DNA of 33,001 bases, from NCBI GenBank assembly GCA_903882345.1, contig CAIRWO010000149.1, forward strand, positions 1-33,001. The letters run 5' to 3'. Numbering within the stretch: position 1 is the stretch's first letter; each line of letters opens with the position of its first letter. The translations under genes and the position numbers were made by a program. Positions 19,601 through 27,225 of this stretch are shown in pieces. The DNA comes from Candidatus Omnitrophota bacterium. GTDB taxonomy: Bacteria; Omnitrophota; Gorgyraeia; Gygaellales; Profunditerraquicolaceae. The notes below the pieces were generated by a model. The model worked only from the letters and a program-made list of their open reading frames with translations. It was not told where the DNA came from and did not search any database.

Positions 19601-20682
19601 AGCCGGAAAGTTAATATTATTCCCAGGGCCCCGAGGATGATATTGGGCAGCCACATTCCGATTGCCGGGTTTATCAATCCCCGAACGCTCAATGTCTCTG
19701 CAGTGATAAACAGGATATAATAAATCCCGACGATCATGAAGGTAAATCCGAAGTTGATAGATTTCTCCCTGCGACGGGTGATTATAGCCAGGGAAGAGCC
19801 AAGGAGAATAAACGTCAGGCAGGAAAAGGCCATGGAGACCTTTGCGTGTATTTCAGTAATCAGGGGCGTCGGGTCAATGTCCTTTTGCTTAAGGCTCTTT
19901 GCTTCGGCAAGCAGCTCTTTGATCGTCATGTCTTTGGGTTTTTTATCGATGTTATCAGACTTCTGCGCCTTTGCCAGGTTTAAGGAGATAAAATAAGTTT
20001 TGAAATTCAATTTATAGAAATTGGTAAGGTTTTCCGGGTCCGGCTCATCGGCGGTGCCGTCAATCAGCTTTAATTTAATCATGCTTTTTTCCGGGATGGC
20101 GATGAATTCCCCGCGTTTGGCAACGATGGTCCGCGTGGGCTTGCCTTCATGCGGTTCGTAGATACGCACATTATAAAGTTTATTGTCTTCGATCCGGTAA
20201 ACGAAGAGGACATATTTTTCAAACGAATTAATGAATACACCCGGCTCAAGGGCGGCAGTGGGATTCTTTACCCCGACTTCCATCAGGGTCCTGCGCGAGG
20301 CAAAATGCGCGTACGGTATGACCCGGTCGTTGAAGACTACCAAAAGCAGGCTGAGCATAGTGCCGACGATTAAAAGCGGCACAATCAGCCTGAAGATATT
20401 TATCCCCGAAGCCTTTATGGCGATGATCTCATTGTCGCTGGAGAGCCGGCCTAAAGAAAGCAGGACCGCAGTCAGCGCAGCGATAGGCAGGGTATAGGTC
20501 AGCAGGTAAGGGATCATAAAGATAAACAGCTTGGATACGCTGTAAATATCCACGCCTTTATTAATCACCATTTCGGCAATTTTTATCAGGTTGCCGAGGA
20601 TCATCACGAAGGTCAAAACACCCAACGCCAAAAACAGCGGGGCAATGAATTCCTTAATAAAATAGTTCCTTAGTATTCTCAT
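19588..20682 (-). CDS. lptF: LPS export ABC permease LptF (YjgP/YjgQ family)
   Basis: It has the same fold pattern as lptG and is the upstream partner of the pair. It overlaps lptG by 13 nt. Confidence 0.75.
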   Translation of the reverse strand: MRILRNYFIKEFIAPLFLALGVLTFVMILGNLIKIAEMVINKGVDIYSVSKLFIFMIPYLLTYTLPIAALTAVLLSLGRLSSDNEIIAIKASGINIFRLIVPLLIVGTMLSLLLVVFNDRVIPYAHFASRRTLMEVGVKNPTAALEPGVFINSFEKYVLFVYRIEDNKLYNVRIYEPHEGKPTRTIVAKRGEFIAIPEKSMIKLKLIDGTADEPDPENLTNFYKLNFKTYFISLNLAKAQKSDNIDKKPKDMTIKELLAEAKSLKQKDIDPTPLITEIHAKVSMAFSCLTFILLGSSLAIITRRREKSINFGFTFMIVGIYYILFITAETLSVRGLINPAIGMWLPNIILGALGIILTFRLCVS

Positions 20683-20684
20683 GG

Positions 20685-21416
20685 TTAGTTAGCCAATGTA
20701 AGCACATAAACGCTGCTTGCCCCGGCCATTTTTAGCGCCTTAGCAGCCTCGGAAGCCGTTGCGCCGGTAGTCAGGACATCGTCGATTAAAAGGATATTCT
20801 TGTTGTTCAGTGCTTTTGCGTCTATTACGGAAAACGCGTCTTTTACATTCAGGCGGCGTTCCCGGTCATTGAGTTCCGTCTGGCTACGGCTGTTACGCAG
20901 CCTCAGGAGTTTATCTTCCATTATCTCTTTGTTAAATTCTTTTCCGATATGCCGGGCCAGGAGGAGCGCATGGTTAAATTCCCTCTCGCGTAGCTTGGCC
21001 GCGGACAACGGCACAGCTGCAAGCGCATCAATTGTCCGTATCGGCAGGTTGTATTTTTTTATAAATTCTATCATCGGTTGAGCCAAGAGGCTCGAAAGAT
21101 AATCCTTATTTTTATATTTGAATGCGTGTATCAGCTCTTTAATCGGGCCTTCATATAAACAAGGGCTAAAGGCGCGGTCAAAATGCAACGGCTCCTTGAC
21201 GCAGCCGCTGCAGAGATTATTCAGAGATCTTCTGCCTATAAGGTTCCTGCCGCAGCTGGCGCAGAAGGGAGGCAAATTTAATTTTATTTTTGACCAGCAT
21301 GTTGCGCAGACCAGTCCGCCTATAGAAGCAGCTTGAAGCTTGTTTTTACAGAGATGACAGGTCTTAGGATATATGATATCGCATAAACCGCTGATGAGAT
21401 TGCGCATTAACCCCAT
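20685..21416 (-). CDS. comF: ComF family protein (Zn-finger plus phosphoribosyltransferase domain)
   Basis: N-terminal CxxC pairs are present (CHLC, CATC, CASC, CSGC). The C-terminus has the PRT motif ILLIDDVLTTGAT. Confidence 0.8.
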   Translation of the reverse strand: MGLMRNLISGLCDIIYPKTCHLCKNKLQAASIGGLVCATCWSKIKLNLPPFCASCGRNLIGRRSLNNLCSGCVKEPLHFDRAFSPCLYEGPIKELIHAFKYKNKDYLSSLLAQPMIEFIKKYNLPIRTIDALAAVPLSAAKLREREFNHALLLARHIGKEFNKEIMEDKLLRLRNSRSQTELNDRERRLNVKDAFSVIDAKALNNKNILLIDDVLTTGATASEAAKALKMAGASSVYVLTLAN

Positions 21417-21422
21417 AGAATC

Positions 21423-21475
21423 ATTATACTAACATTCAAAAAATGCTTTGTCAACGCCGTAATAAATGCTAAGAT
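21423..21475. promoter_or_regulatory. Candidate divergent promoter region with overlapping -35 boxes
   Basis: On the plus strand, TTGTCA (21448-53), a 16-nt spacer and TAAGAT (21470-75) lie 10 nt before the ATG at 21486. On the minus strand, TTGACA (21449-54), a 17-nt spacer and TAGTAT, or TATAAT (21423-28), lie 6 nt before the comF ATG. Neither gene has an SD. Confidence 0.3.
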
Positions 21476-21485
21476 AGCTGGTATT

Positions 21486-22634
21486 ATGGAAACCCTTAAT
21501 GCTTTATGGACATTTCCGGCAATCGTTTTTTCTGCAATGCTTATTACCTGGGCAGCAGAATGCGGCCAGTTCTTTATTTCTCAAGGGCTGGCCTTGGCTG
21601 TGCTTGCCTGGATACAGACACTGCCTGAATTCGCGGTGGAAGGCGTGATCGCCTTCACGGCAGCCAAAGATCCCTCCAAGATGCACCTTATTACTGCTAA
21701 CTACACAGGTTCTTTAAGGCTGTTTGTCGGTTTGGGATGGCCGATGGTCTATTTCGTGGCTTTATTTTTTAGAAAAATAAAGGGTAAGAAAACAGGCCCT
21801 TGGGTCATCGAGCTGGAAGATGAGCATGCAATAGCAGTGCTTTCGCTTTTACCGGCGCTGCTTTACTTTTTAGTGATTTATTTCAAGGGAACCCTGAAAA
21901 TCTTTGACGGGTTAGTATTGAGCGCGATCTATTTTGCCTACCTTTATCTTTTGTCAAAAATGCCCCCTCACGACAAGGAGGAAATCGGAGATCTTGGCCG
22001 TATCCCGAAGTACGTGATGCAGTTTAAGCCTCCGGTGAATATCGTATGGATTACAGGTTTTTTCATTTTGGGCGCTGTAATTTTATATTTTTCCGCGTAC
22101 CCGTTCCTTAATTCGATGCTGGCGATAGCTGTTTCCATCGGGGTTTCACAGTTTGTTTTTGTGCAGTGGGTAGCGCCTTTCCTAAGCGAATTTCCGGAAA
22201 AACTCTCGGCGTTCCACTGGGCAAGGAAGGTCAACAAGGCGCCTATGGCGTTGATTAATTTTGTTTCTTCCTCGATTAATCAATGGACGATCCTTGTGGC
22301 GATGATACCCGTCATTTATTCTTTGGGGATGGGAAAAATCGCCTATGTGGTCTTTGACGAACATCAAAAAGTCGAGATACTCCTGACCATTATTCAGTCT
22401 TATCTGGGGTTCCTCTTTCTGGCGAGCATGGATTTCAATTTTTTTGAGGCTGCCGCCTTGTTCATCTTATGGCTGGTGCAGTTTTTGCTTCCCGGCATAC
22501 GGGAGGAGATCATCTGGGTTTATGGCGCCTGGGCCTTGATAGAAACGTTCCGCATGATAAAAAATTTCAAGAAAAAAAAGAATGCCTTTCAGGTCTTTTT
22601 AAGGTTAAGCAAAGAATACTGGAAGAAGAAATGA
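21486..22634 (+). CDS. Polytopic membrane protein, CaCA (Na+/Ca2+ exchanger)-like
   Basis: It has about 10 TM segments. Two alpha-repeat-like motifs (WIQTLPEFAVEGV and LSEFPEKLSAF) resemble GTSLPEL of the YrbG family. The assignment is tentative. Confidence 0.45.
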   Translation: METLNALWTFPAIVFSAMLITWAAECGQFFISQGLALAVLAWIQTLPEFAVEGVIAFTAAKDPSKMHLITANYTGSLRLFVGLGWPMVYFVALFFRKIKGKKTGPWVIELEDEHAIAVLSLLPALLYFLVIYFKGTLKIFDGLVLSAIYFAYLYLLSKMPPHDKEEIGDLGRIPKYVMQFKPPVNIVWITGFFILGAVILYFSAYPFLNSMLAIAVSIGVSQFVFVQWVAPFLSEFPEKLSAFHWARKVNKAPMALINFVSSSINQWTILVAMIPVIYSLGMGKIAYVVFDEHQKVEILLTIIQSYLGFLFLASMDFNFFEAAALFILWLVQFLLPGIREEIIWVYGAWALIETFRMIKNFKKKKNAFQVFLRLSKEYWKKK

Positions 22635-22641
22635 TGTTATA

Positions 22642-22650
22642 TGGTATAAT
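22642..22650 (+). promoter_or_regulatory. Candidate extended -10 promoter element (TGgTATAAT) for greA
   Basis: TGGTATAAT lies 25 nt upstream of the greA ATG, and AAGGGGA serves as the SD. I see no good -35 box. Confidence 0.3.
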
Positions 22651-22675
22651 TATAGAAAATACAAGGGGATAGGCA

Positions 22676-23155
22676 ATGACGGATGCGGCAAATTCTTATC
22701 TCACTCCCGAAGGCCACAGGAAACTCGTTCAGAAACTGGAGCATTTAAAAACTGTCCGGCGCCGGCAGATCTCTAAGGAAATCGAAAAGGCGCGCGGCCA
22801 CGGCGACATCAGCGAGAATGCCGAATACGACGCGGCAAAAGATGCCCAGGCGCACAATGAACAGACGATCTTCGAATTGGACTTTAAGCTTGCGCATGCC
22901 CAGATTATCGATAATGCGAACATTTCCAAGGATGAGGTATTGGTCGGCGCCACTGTCCTGATCTTAGATGTGGATACAGGCGAAAAATTAGAATATACCT
23001 TAGTATCTGAACTTGAAGCAGATTACTCCCAGGGGAAAATTTCCATTACCTCTCCCGTAGGTAAAGGCTTGATGAACCATAAAGTGGATGAGCTTGTCGA
23101 AATAAAAATCCCGGTGGGGATATTGAAGTATAAAATACTTAAGATATCAAGATAA
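22676..23155 (+). CDS. greA: Transcription elongation factor GreA
   Basis: LTPEGHRKLxxxLxxL, GDISENAEYDAAKDAQ and the C-terminal ISITSPVGKGLM are present. Confidence 0.9.
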   Translation: MTDAANSYLTPEGHRKLVQKLEHLKTVRRRQISKEIEKARGHGDISENAEYDAAKDAQAHNEQTIFELDFKLAHAQIIDNANISKDEVLVGATVLILDVDTGEKLEYTLVSELEADYSQGKISITSPVGKGLMNHKVDELVEIKIPVGILKYKILKISR

Positions 23156-23181
23156 ACAAACCCTCCTTTTATTACCCACAG

Positions 23182-23691
23182 ATGAAAGACAACAGAGTTA
23201 TATATAAAGGCAGGCTGATCAGCCTGGCGGCAAGGATCGTAAGGCTGCCGAATAAATTTATTGCGCACATTGAGGTAATCACGCATCCGGGCGCAGCGCT
23301 GGTGGTCCCTTTTTTAAGCAGGGATAAAATAATCCTTCTGCGTCAGTTACGGCCGGTGATCAGGGCTTATTTATATGAGCTGCCGGCCGGTACGCTTAAA
23401 AAGGATGAGACTGTGCTTTCCTGCGGCCGCAGGGAAATCGTGGAAGAGACCGGTTACCGCGCAAAAAAGTTTACCCGGCTGGGCTATATTTATCCTGTGC
23501 CGGGGTATTCTACGGAAAAAATCGTCATCTTTAAGGCAGAAGGCCTGTCTAAGGAAAATGCGCAGCTAGATAAGGATGAAATTATCGAGAGCCTTATCGT
23601 TACGCGCAAACAGTTGAAGGCGATGTTCGCGAAAGGAAAAATTGTCGATGCAAAGACTATCTGTGCGCTTACGCTGTGCGGGTGGCTGTAA
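23182..23691 (+). CDS. NUDIX hydrolase (ADP-ribose pyrophosphatase-like)
   Basis: It has the Nudix box LPAGTLKKDETVLSCGRREIVEETGY. Confidence 0.8.
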   Translation: MKDNRVIYKGRLISLAARIVRLPNKFIAHIEVITHPGAALVVPFLSRDKIILLRQLRPVIRAYLYELPAGTLKKDETVLSCGRREIVEETGYRAKKFTRLGYIYPVPGYSTEKIVIFKAEGLSKENAQLDKDEIIESLIVTRKQLKAMFAKGKIVDAKTICALTLCGWL

Positions 23692-25396
23692 AAACATACT
23701 GATCCTCGTCGTACTGACTTATTTTTTCTTTTGTTTTGGTAACGGCATAATCAGCCTTAGCAATCCGGATGAAGTTTTTTATGCCGGCACGGCAAAAGAG
23801 ATGATCAACCAGCACAGCTGGATGACGCCTTATTTATTCGGCCAGCCGCAATTTGAAAAGCCGGTATTTTTATACTGGATGCTGCGGATCGCCTTTATGA
23901 TTTTCGGTATTGGAAGTTTTGCCGGCCGTTTCTTTCCGGCAGTATTCGCTTCCCTGGGGGTAGTTGCGGTTTACCTTTTCTCGCTGATAGCATTCAAGGA
24001 TGAAAAGAAGGCATTCTTTACCGGCTTGGTTTTGATGTCCTCAGGGCTCTATATCGGGCTGGCGCGGACAATTTTTACGGATATGATTTTTTCCGTATTT
24101 ATCCTTTTATCGCTGCTAGCGTTTTTCTGGGGGTATGCGCGGGCACCCGAACCTATAGGATGGTTCGGTGTGCGCTTGTTGCGCAAGGAAAAGAAGGCCG
24201 GCGGTATCCTCTTATTTTTTGTTTTTTCCGCTTTAGCGGTCTTGACCAAGGGGCCGCTGGGATTTTTTATCCCGTTTATGGCGATAGTGATTTTTCTTGC
24301 GCTAAAGAAAGAGCTGAAATTTATCTTTTCGAAAGCAACGCTGTGGGGTCTGTTGGTTTTTATTCTGATCGCTTTTCCCTGGTACCTGCTGATGATCAAA
24401 AAATACGGCTCTAGCTTTACCCACGAGTTTTTTTATAATGACCACATCCGCCGGATATTCGAGGCAGAACATAGTTCAAACGACACTTGGCATTTTTATC
24501 CTTTCGCAATGGTTTGGGCGATGTTCCCCTGGAGCGCGTTTGTAGTTATTTCCCTGCTCGGCCTGTATAAGCATATAAGGAAGGCAGGGGAGCCAGTCTA
24601 CCTTTTTCTTGCCTCTTGGATTGCCGCAGTCTTTCTTATTTTTCAACCCTGCCATTCTAAGCTGGTAAGCTACATCTTCCCGATGTTTCCCGCGCTGGCC
24701 ATACTTAGCGCCGACCTTATTTATCGCGGGGCAGCGCAAAATCAAAGGCCACGCCTTGTATTTTCCGCTTTTTTGCTCACGGTATTGGCGCTTGTTGTTT
24801 CATACGTTGGCTTGGCCGTGGGTTCGGTTTTATTTTCCCGCTATATTACGACGTATTTGCCGAACAAGCTGCCGGTTTATATTTTATTAGCTCTGCTTTT
24901 TATCTTGGTCATACTGTGTTCGGTTTTTATCGCGTGCCGCAGGCTGCTGAAAACGGCCTGCGTATTGATGCTTTTTATCCCCGTGCTTTTTTCTATCGTG
25001 CCCCAGGTCAGCAAATATATCGATCCCTACCTTTCATCGCGTGATATCTGCCGCTACCTTCAGGATAATTATAAGCTCGACAATACGATATTGGTCTCTA
25101 AATTTTTTACCCGCGGGGTAAGATATTATACGGAAAAAAAAGTAGCGGTAATCGACATCCCGGGAAATGGTTTTTTTAGCCCGCACCCCATAGCTTTTCT
25201 TAATTCCGACAGTAAGGTCCTGGATCTTTTACGCCGGCAGCCGGTTACATATTGCGTCCTTAAGAAAACGGCGCTACAGGATATCCAACGTTTCAGCAAT
25301 GAATTTGACTATAAGGTCTTGAAGGTCATCGGCAACGAGTATTTAGTCAGGATCAAGCCGAGAACATTGACAATAGCGGGAAGGGGAGTAGAATAA
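23642..25396 (+). CDS. Glycosyltransferase family 39 (ArnT / PMT_2-like lipid-linked sugar transferase)
   Basis: PDEVFYAGTAKEMINQHSWMTPYLFGQPQFEKPVFLYW resembles the ArnT N-terminal loop. The product has more than 10 TM segments. The start is TTG 23642 or ATG 23648, both overlapping the Nudix gene. It contains repeat copy B in frame. Confidence 0.8.
   Translation: MSMQRLSVRLRCAGGCKNILILVVLTYFFFCFGNGIISLSNPDEVFYAGTAKEMINQHSWMTPYLFGQPQFEKPVFLYWMLRIAFMIFGIGSFAGRFFPAVFASLGVVAVYLFSLIAFKDEKKAFFTGLVLMSSGLYIGLARTIFTDMIFSVFILLSLLAFFWGYARAPEPIGWFGVRLLRKEKKAGGILLFFVFSALAVLTKGPLGFFIPFMAIVIFLALKKELKFIFSKATLWGLLVFILIAFPWYLLMIKKYGSSFTHEFFYNDHIRRIFEAEHSSNDTWHFYPFAMVWAMFPWSAFVVISLLGLYKHIRKAGEPVYLFLASWIAAVFLIFQPCHSKLVSYIFPMFPALAILSADLIYRGAAQNQRPRLVFSAFLLTVLALVVSYVGLAVGSVLFSRYITTYLPNKLPVYILLALLFILVILCSVFIACRRLLKTACVLMLFIPVLFSIVPQVSKYIDPYLSSRDICRYLQDNYKLDNTILVSKFFTRGVRYYTEKKVAVIDIPGNGFFSPHPIAFLNSDSKVLDLLRRQPVTYCVLKKTALQDIQRFSNEFDYKVLKVIGNEYLVRIKPRTLTIAGRGVE
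24143..24189 (+). repeat. Two-hairpin element, copy B, embedded in frame in the GT39 CDS
   Basis: CACCCGAACCTATAGGATGGTTCGGTGTGCG is identical to copy A. Hairpin 2 is TGCGC-TTGTT-GCGCA, followed by AAGGA. The element translates as ...[16 protein letters not shown].... Confidence 0.75.
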
Positions 25397-25401
25397 GCAT
25401 T

Positions 25402-25965
25402 ATGGAAAATAAAATAGCTATAGGGCTTCTCAAGGAACAACTGCTGGCCTTGCTGAAAAAAGAAGCGTTGAAAAAAGGCAAGTTTGTTTTATCTTCGGGT
25501 AAGGAGAGCACCTATTATCTTGACGGCCGCATCATAACCCTGACCCCGGAAGGCGCTTATCTTGTTGCCAGCATTATATTGGAATTGATCAAAGGAAAAA
25601 ATATCGATGCCGTGGGAGGCCCTACGCTAGGAGCAGACCCGATAGTCGGAGCGCTGGCAGCGCTCAGCCATATAAATAAAGTCCCGCTCAAGACATTTAT
25701 TGTCAGGAAGGCGGTCAAGGCACACGGCATGCAGCGGCAGATCGAAGGCCCGGAGATAAAAAGAGGCAGCCGTGTAGTCATCGTGGATGACGTGGCAACC
25801 ACCGGTAAGGCGCTGATCGAAGCCAAGGAAGCGCTGGATACCTGCGGCGCCCTGATAGATTCCGCGATCGTGATTGTGGACAGGCGCGAAGGCGCTGCGG
25901 AGAATCTTAAAACCGTTGGCCTGAAACTGGACTCAATATTCAAAATTGAAGAGCTAGGCGTATAA
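25402..25965 (+). CDS. pyrE: Orotate phosphoribosyltransferase
   Basis: GKFVLSSGKESTYYLD and the PRPP motif VVIVDDVATTGKA are present. Confidence 0.85.
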   Translation: MENKIAIGLLKEQLLALLKKEALKKGKFVLSSGKESTYYLDGRIITLTPEGAYLVASIILELIKGKNIDAVGGPTLGADPIVGALAALSHINKVPLKTFIVRKAVKAHGMQRQIEGPEIKRGSRVVIVDDVATTGKALIEAKEALDTCGALIDSAIVIVDRREGAAENLKTVGLKLDSIFKIEELGV

Positions 25966-25976
25966 AAGGCTTTCGC

Positions 25977-27221
25977 GTGGAAATAAAAAAAATTGCTATT
26001 GTCGGTGCAGGCCCTGCAGGCATGATGGCGGCAATCCGCGCGGCCGGGCTAAAACAGGACGTAACGCTTTTTGAAAGAAATCCCACCTTAGGCAGGAAAC
26101 TCCTTCTAAGCGGCAAAGGCCGCTGTAATCTTACCAATACTTGCGATTTTGATTCATTCATCGAAAAATTTTCCGGCAACGGCCAGTTTTTACGGGATGC
26201 TTTCCGTAAATTCTTCAATCACGAATTGATGCGTTTCTTTGAAGAGAGGGGCCTTAAGCTGAGAGTCGAAAGGCAATTACGCGTTTTTCCTTCCACTGAC
26301 AGTTCTGCCAGCGTGCTGGCTGTGCTTAAGCGCGAACTGCTAAAAAATAAAGTAAAAGTTTTGCAGGATTGCCGGATTAACGCTATCATAGCAGAAAACG
26401 GCACAGCCAAAGGAATTTCATTTTCCGGCGCCAGGCATTTTTCTGCCGATAGAATAATCCTCGCTACAGGCGGGGTGTCGTACAGTTTTACCGGCTCAAG
26501 CGGAGATGGATTGGAGATTGCCCGCAGCCTGGGGCATCGTATAGTGCCGCTGCGGCCGGGATTATCGCCCCTTATAATCAGGCAAGGTTATCCAAAATTA
26601 CTTGAGGGGCTTACATTGAAGAATATCCGCCTTAAAATAAGCGACGAAAAAAAAGAAATTATTTCGCCTGTAGGAGAATTGCTTTTTACCGGCCGGGGCA
26701 TTTCCGGGCCGCTGGTTTTTTCTTTAAGCGCGAAAATCGGCGAGTGGCTAGAGAAGTCGCATAATTTATATATGGAAATCGATTTAAAGCCGGGATTGTC
26801 CTCTGAACAGTTAAACAGCCGTCTTCTGCGGGAATTTAAATCCAACCCCAAGAAGAACGCAAGGAATACGCTTAAAATTTTGCTGCCGCAGCGCTTGATC
26901 GATCTATCTATGGATATCTTAAAGCTTAGCCCGGATAAAAAAGTAAGCCAGATCACTCAGGCAGAACGCCTAAAAATCATAAGTTTACTAAAAGCCTTTC
27001 GTATGGACATTACCAGCTTAGCCTCTATCGAAGAAGGCATGGTTACGCGGGGCGGGGTAAGCTTGAAAGATATAAATCCGCGGACTATGGAGTCTCGTTT
27101 GGTTAAAGGGCTTTATTTTGCCGGGGAGATCATTGACGTAGACGCCGATACCGGCGGGTTTAATCTTCAGGCGGCTTTTTCCACCGGATACCTTGCGGGG
27201 GAAAGCGCTGCCCTATCCTAA
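25977..27221 (+). CDS. NAD(P)/FAD-dependent oxidoreductase, HI0933/YhiN (BaiN-like) family
   Basis: It has a GTG start and the dinucleotide fold IAIVGAGPAGMMAA. LLSGKGRCNLTN and the C-terminal YFAGEIIDVDADTGGFNLQ are also present. Confidence 0.8.
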   Translation: MEIKKIAIVGAGPAGMMAAIRAAGLKQDVTLFERNPTLGRKLLLSGKGRCNLTNTCDFDSFIEKFSGNGQFLRDAFRKFFNHELMRFFEERGLKLRVERQLRVFPSTDSSASVLAVLKRELLKNKVKVLQDCRINAIIAENGTAKGISFSGARHFSADRIILATGGVSYSFTGSSGDGLEIARSLGHRIVPLRPGLSPLIIRQGYPKLLEGLTLKNIRLKISDEKKEIISPVGELLFTGRGISGPLVFSLSAKIGEWLEKSHNLYMEIDLKPGLSSEQLNSRLLREFKSNPKKNARNTLKILLPQRLIDLSMDILKLSPDKKVSQITQAERLKIISLLKAFRMDITSLASIEEGMVTRGGVSLKDINPRTMESRLVKGLYFAGEIIDVDADTGGFNLQAAFSTGYLAGESAALS

Positions 27222-27225
27222 AAAC

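Noticed and set aside
22469-22672. A 67-aa plus-strand ORF overlapping the end of the CaCA-like gene and the greA promoter region
   Set aside because: It is in an alternative frame to a longer membrane-protein ORF. Its Arg/Gly-rich composition is typical of an off-frame translation.
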